Source: a bacterium (GTDB lineage Bacteria; Patescibacteriota; Minisyncoccia; Phycocordibacterales; CAIZLB01). From it: DNA of 64,000 nucleotides. Below, in pieces: positions 61,038 to 64,000 of the stretch (within the stretch, counting starts at the first letter, position 1; every line of letters begins with the position of its first letter). Position numbers and translations under genes: made by a program. Under the pieces are notes generated by a model. It had not been told where the DNA came from. It did no database searches and saw only the letters and a program-made list of their open reading frames with translations. The stretch spans positions 13,211 to 77,210 of the forward strand of contig JAIXXV010000032.1 of the NCBI GenBank assembly GCA_027490575.1. Direction: 5' to 3'.

Positions 61038-61066
61038 ATAATAGGTGAACTATAGTTCACTGTCAA
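61038..61066 (-). promoter_or_regulatory. Consensus promoter with a LexA-box-like palindrome filling the spacer
   Basis: Minus strand: TTGACA gtGAACtataGTTCacc TATTAT. -35 is at 61066-61061 and -10 at 61043-61038. The palindrome GAACTATAGTTC (61047-61058) matches the Gram-positive SOS box core GAAC-N4-GTTC. Confidence 0.55.
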
Positions 61067-61102
61067 ACATTTAGTATAAAAATACTGTGGATAAGTCTTA
61101 AA

Positions 61103-61144
61103 CAGATAACAGTTGGTAATTATCAGGTGACAGTTAGCAGTTAG
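61103..61144 (+). repeat. 7-nt periodic spacer, CAGNTNN class (6 heptads) overlapping the helicase stop codon
   Basis: cagataa cagttgg taattat caggtga cagttag cagttag. Confidence 0.7.
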
Positions 61145-62610
61145 GTGCTTATCAAAAAATCAACAACTCTCTGGTCTACTTGTATATCTCTTCTCGTTAT
61201 AGGTTTGGTGAGCTGAATCCCCTCGAGACTTCTAACGCGACTTAGCGCCACATAAGCTTGTCCATGTGCAAAAGTCCCCTTTCCAAAATCTATGATTGCA
61301 TTATCGAACGTTTTACCTTGACTCTTGTGTATAGTAACTGCCCAAGCAAGTTTTACCGGTATTTGTATGTACTTTCCAACAACCTCAGAAGAAACTCTGT
61401 TTTGCTTTGAGTCAAATTCATATCTAACTGATTCCCAACTTTCACTTTCAACTTCCTCGGTCTTGCCATTACGAAGTTGTACATTGATGGAAGTTGAGTT
61501 TAGCTTTTTTACAATACCAAGATCTCCATTGACCCATCTGCCCATAGGATCATTTCTAAGCATCATGACTTGTGCGCCAACTTTCAGCACCAGAGCTTCA
61601 GGCGCTGGTGTAGTTTTTCTATCAAAAGCTCCTTGTACATGACCTTTGTATGTTTTAGCGGCACCATATATTTCAGTTAGCTTTTTGTTATTGATTACCT
61701 CAGCTGATGCATTGGTAGAAACTAGATATATGGCATCACTTGGCATTTTTTTCTTTTTATTTAAACTGCTTTTGCCTGCATTTTTTGAATGAGCGCCAGA
61801 CTTAGTTTTTCCACCAATCCCCTCACTACTATCATTGTCCATATCAATCACTAGCTCATAATCACCTCCGAATTGATAGTCAGACTCTGATTGAAATCCA
61901 CCTGAATCTGACACGGAGTCTTGATTGAAATTTTGTGAAAAATCTAGACAGCACACTGAATTGATTTTATAAAGATCATTTTCATCCATACGACCTGTAC
62001 GAATCCTATCAAGGATAGAGACGAACTCAGTATCACTTTGTCTATAAACTTCTGTAAGCTCAGCTATCTGGAAATTGCCCTTGGGATATGACTTTGAATC
62101 AAAAAAGTATGGGCTCTGATAATGATCTATGAAGACGTACTGTTCATGTGGAGCAACTACCGGAGGCAACTGAAACATGTCTCCAATAGCCACCATTTGT
62201 ACACCACCAAAAAACTCACCAGGCTTTGGACCGTTGAGTCTAAGGAATCTCTCAACACAATCAAAAAGATCTGCACGGACCATAGATATTTCATCTATTA
62301 CAAGTGTGTCTAGCTTTTTGTAAAGCTTAGATAAGGTCTCATCTGAGATAATGCTTATATCTCTATCTATCACACCTATCTTAAACTTAAAGAAGCTGTG
62401 TATGGTCTGACCTTTGATATTTAGTGCTGCTATGCCTGTGGGTGCAACTACGGCTATGTTTTTCTTGGTGGTATCTCGAAAATGTTGCAGCAAAGTAGAT
62501 TTACCAGTACCAGCTCTACCAGTAATGAATATGTTTTGGCTAGAATTTTCAAGCAAATCTAATATATCTTTTGACTCGTCAGATAATTTCATATCTGAAT
62601 AATACTCCAA
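61141..62610 (-). CDS. PIF1/RecD-like superfamily 1 DNA helicase
   Basis: Walker A ITGRAGTGKSTLL, Walker B VIDEISMV, and a C-terminal WAVTIHKSQGKTF motif. A low-complexity insertion lies in the middle. Confidence 0.8.
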   Translation of the reverse strand: MEYYSDMKLSDESKDILDLLENSSQNIFITGRAGTGKSTLLQHFRDTTKKNIAVVAPTGIAALNIKGQTIHSFFKFKIGVIDRDISIISDETLSKLYKKLDTLVIDEISMVRADLFDCVERFLRLNGPKPGEFFGGVQMVAIGDMFQLPPVVAPHEQYVFIDHYQSPYFFDSKSYPKGNFQIAELTEVYRQSDTEFVSILDRIRTGRMDENDLYKINSVCCLDFSQNFNQDSVSDSGGFQSESDYQFGGDYELVIDMDNDSSEGIGGKTKSGAHSKNAGKSSLNKKKKMPSDAIYLVSTNASAEVINNKKLTEIYGAAKTYKGHVQGAFDRKTTPAPEALVLKVGAQVMMLRNDPMGRWVNGDLGIVKKLNSTSINVQLRNGKTEEVESESWESVRYEFDSKQNRVSSEVVGKYIQIPVKLAWAVTIHKSQGKTFDNAIIDFGKGTFAHGQAYVALSRVRSLEGIQLTKPITRRDIQVDQRVVDFLIST

Positions 62611-62615
62611 TCAAT

Positions 62616-63764
62616 CTAACCCTGCATCTTCTTTTTTGTCTTTTGTTGTTGCATTAGTTTAAATGCAGTAGCTATGTCTGAAACAGAGGCTTGTGCATTG
62701 GCACTAGATGATACAGTTGACGCATCAGACGCATTTGAGAAAGACACGAGTCTCTGATTTCCAAATGAGTAATATTTATGGAATACAAGTGCACCCAGTA
62801 AACTACTTAGCATTAAGCCCGTAAGCAAGATTGCGCTTTTTACGCCAGGAGTTACTCCTGTTGCAGGAACTTGGTTTAGGAATACACCCGAGACCGGCTG
62901 TCCAGAAACACCAGAAGTGTACTGGTACGTAGGTTGAACATAAGTATAAGTAGTCGGTTGTGTATATACAGGTTGTGTATATGTTTGTTGGTAGTTGTAG
63001 TCGTAAGGATAATAGTATTGATTTGGATTTTGATATTGCCAATTCCAAGTTTGATTTTGCCAAGTATTGTTCCAACTACTATTATTCCAGCCATTATTCC
63101 ATGTATTGTTCCAATTATTATTCCAGTTGTTATTTGTTCCATAACCAACTTGTACAAATAAACTTGCACAAGAAGTATTATTAAATGATGAGCAAATTGT
63201 GTAAGACATTGTACCTAATTGATTACCTGTAACTGTTATCTGGCTACCACTTATATAAGCACTAGCAATACTTGAGTTATTGTTATTTGAAATAAAATAT
63301 CCTCCGCCAGTACCTGAGATATTTACAGATTGAGTTTGCCCCACATTCAGAGTAAGACTTGTCTGACTTAAGCTTATGGTTTGATTATTCCATGTTCCAC
63401 CTGTCACATTGACCTGAAGCGTTGCACAAGGAGCCATAGACGCTTGCGAACATATAGTTAGACTTGATGTTCCTTGAGATAGACCTTGAACTTGCACTAG
63501 TCCACTTGATGATCCTGCACTTACCACGGTACTGTTTGAGTTTGCTGATACGTAGTAGTTACCTGATCCACCTGACACATTTACAGTAACTGTTTGACCT
63601 GAGTTTATATTTATAAATGACTGACTAAGATATATTGGTCCGTAGTAAGGGGTTGACTGTGCACTAGCAAAACCACCTGGCACCAAAAAAGATAGTGCAG
63701 ATAGGCATACTGAAACTGCGAAAATGGTGCTTTTTATAGCTATTTTTTTAGATATATTTGTCAT
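62616..63764 (-). CDS. Cell-surface protein: signal peptide, two Ig-like repeats, Trp/Asn- and Tyr/Gln/Thr-rich tract, and the same C-terminal anchor module as 44818-46161
   Basis: Repeats ...GQTVTVNVSGGSGNYYVSANSN... and ...GQTQSVNISGTGGGYFISNNNN... WNNNWNNTWNNGWNN tract. C-terminus PVSGVFLNQVPATG + TM + HKYY...AFKLMQQQKTKKKMQG. Confidence 0.65.
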   Translation of the reverse strand: MTNISKKIAIKSTIFAVSVCLSALSFLVPGGFASAQSTPYYGPIYLSQSFININSGQTVTVNVSGGSGNYYVSANSNSTVVSAGSSSGLVQVQGLSQGTSSLTICSQASMAPCATLQVNVTGGTWNNQTISLSQTSLTLNVGQTQSVNISGTGGGYFISNNNNSSIASAYISGSQITVTGNQLGTMSYTICSSFNNTSCASLFVQVGYGTNNNWNNNWNNTWNNGWNNSSWNNTWQNQTWNWQYQNPNQYYYPYDYNYQQTYTQPVYTQPTTYTYVQPTYQYTSGVSGQPVSGVFLNQVPATGVTPGVKSAILLTGLMLSSLLGALVFHKYYSFGNQRLVSFSNASDASTVSSSANAQASVSDIATAFKLMQQQKTKKKMQG

Positions 63765-63891
63765 AATGAGCCTATAGTACGCTTATTATTTATAATTTCA
63801 AGTAAAAAACACCGTATTTAATCGGTGCTTTTTACTTAATTTAGACCCAATAAACCATTTACACGGAGATCTGTGGAGGAAATGATTGAGC

Positions 63892-64000
63892 TTATATCTC
63901 AAATACTACTTGCTCTTTTGGATATCTAACTTTTGCATACTTTGCTGATTCATCACTTTCGTCTCTATAACCTAAAGCAATAACTACTTTAGACTTTAGA
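63892..64000 (-). CDS. C-terminal 35 codons of a nitroreductase-family protein (gene enters from beyond the window end)
   Basis: Own translation: LKSKVVIALGYRDESDESAKYAKVRYPKEQVVFEI*. The xxALGYxxE...K.R.P.EEVV ending is typical of nitroreductases. Confidence 0.45.
   Translation of the reverse strand, partial: LKSKVVIALGYRDESDESAKYAKVRYPKEQVVFEI

Noticed and set aside
1-64000. Alternative genetic code with TGA read as Gly or Trp (code 25 or code 4).
   Set aside because: Large conserved genes (dnaE, valS, gyrB, smc, rnr, thrS) are unbroken under the standard code and Trp positions use TGG, so TGA is not a frequent sense codon here. Only its absence from conserved genes is reported as a finding.

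Overview
64-kb chromosomal window from a compact, moderately AT-rich bacterium. The backbone is densely packed housekeeping genes: rpsA-like S1 protein, pth, lepB, rpsU, ybeY, ftsA, ftsZ, trxB, msrA/msrB, tsaD, valS, rpsP, rnr, smc, rnc, nusB, rpmF, rnhB, dnaE, thrS, ung, gyrB, lexA, tRNA-Val and tRNA-Glu. There is also a sortase with cell-surface proteins. Gene content and style (no Shine-Dalgarno motifs, lineage-specific insertions, shortened Smc, domain fusions) suggest a reduced-genome, Gram-positive-type or Patescibacteria/CPR-like organism; that guess is unverified without a database search. Four layers are not explained by ordinary annotation. (1) About a dozen single-gene or two-gene islets of orphan genes are visibly more G+C-rich. 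Most have their own promoter, a purine-rich SD and a strong hairpin terminator, and they hold every TGA stop in the window. All 46 recognisable conserved genes end in TAA or TAG and lack SD motifs. (2) A small family of 2-TM proteins (a tandem pair plus one distant copy) carries homologous structured 5' leaders. (3) Several intergenic spacers are built entirely of 7-nt-periodic, stop-codon-rich units (CAGNTNN or TAATTNN). (4) A nuclease gene sits between two outward-facing tRNA genes and is surrounded by tRNA fragments. I recognised no CRISPR array, integrase, transposase, reverse transcriptase or rRNA. All calls come from reading the sequence and the ORF track by eye. Family assignments are motif-based and no homology search was run.
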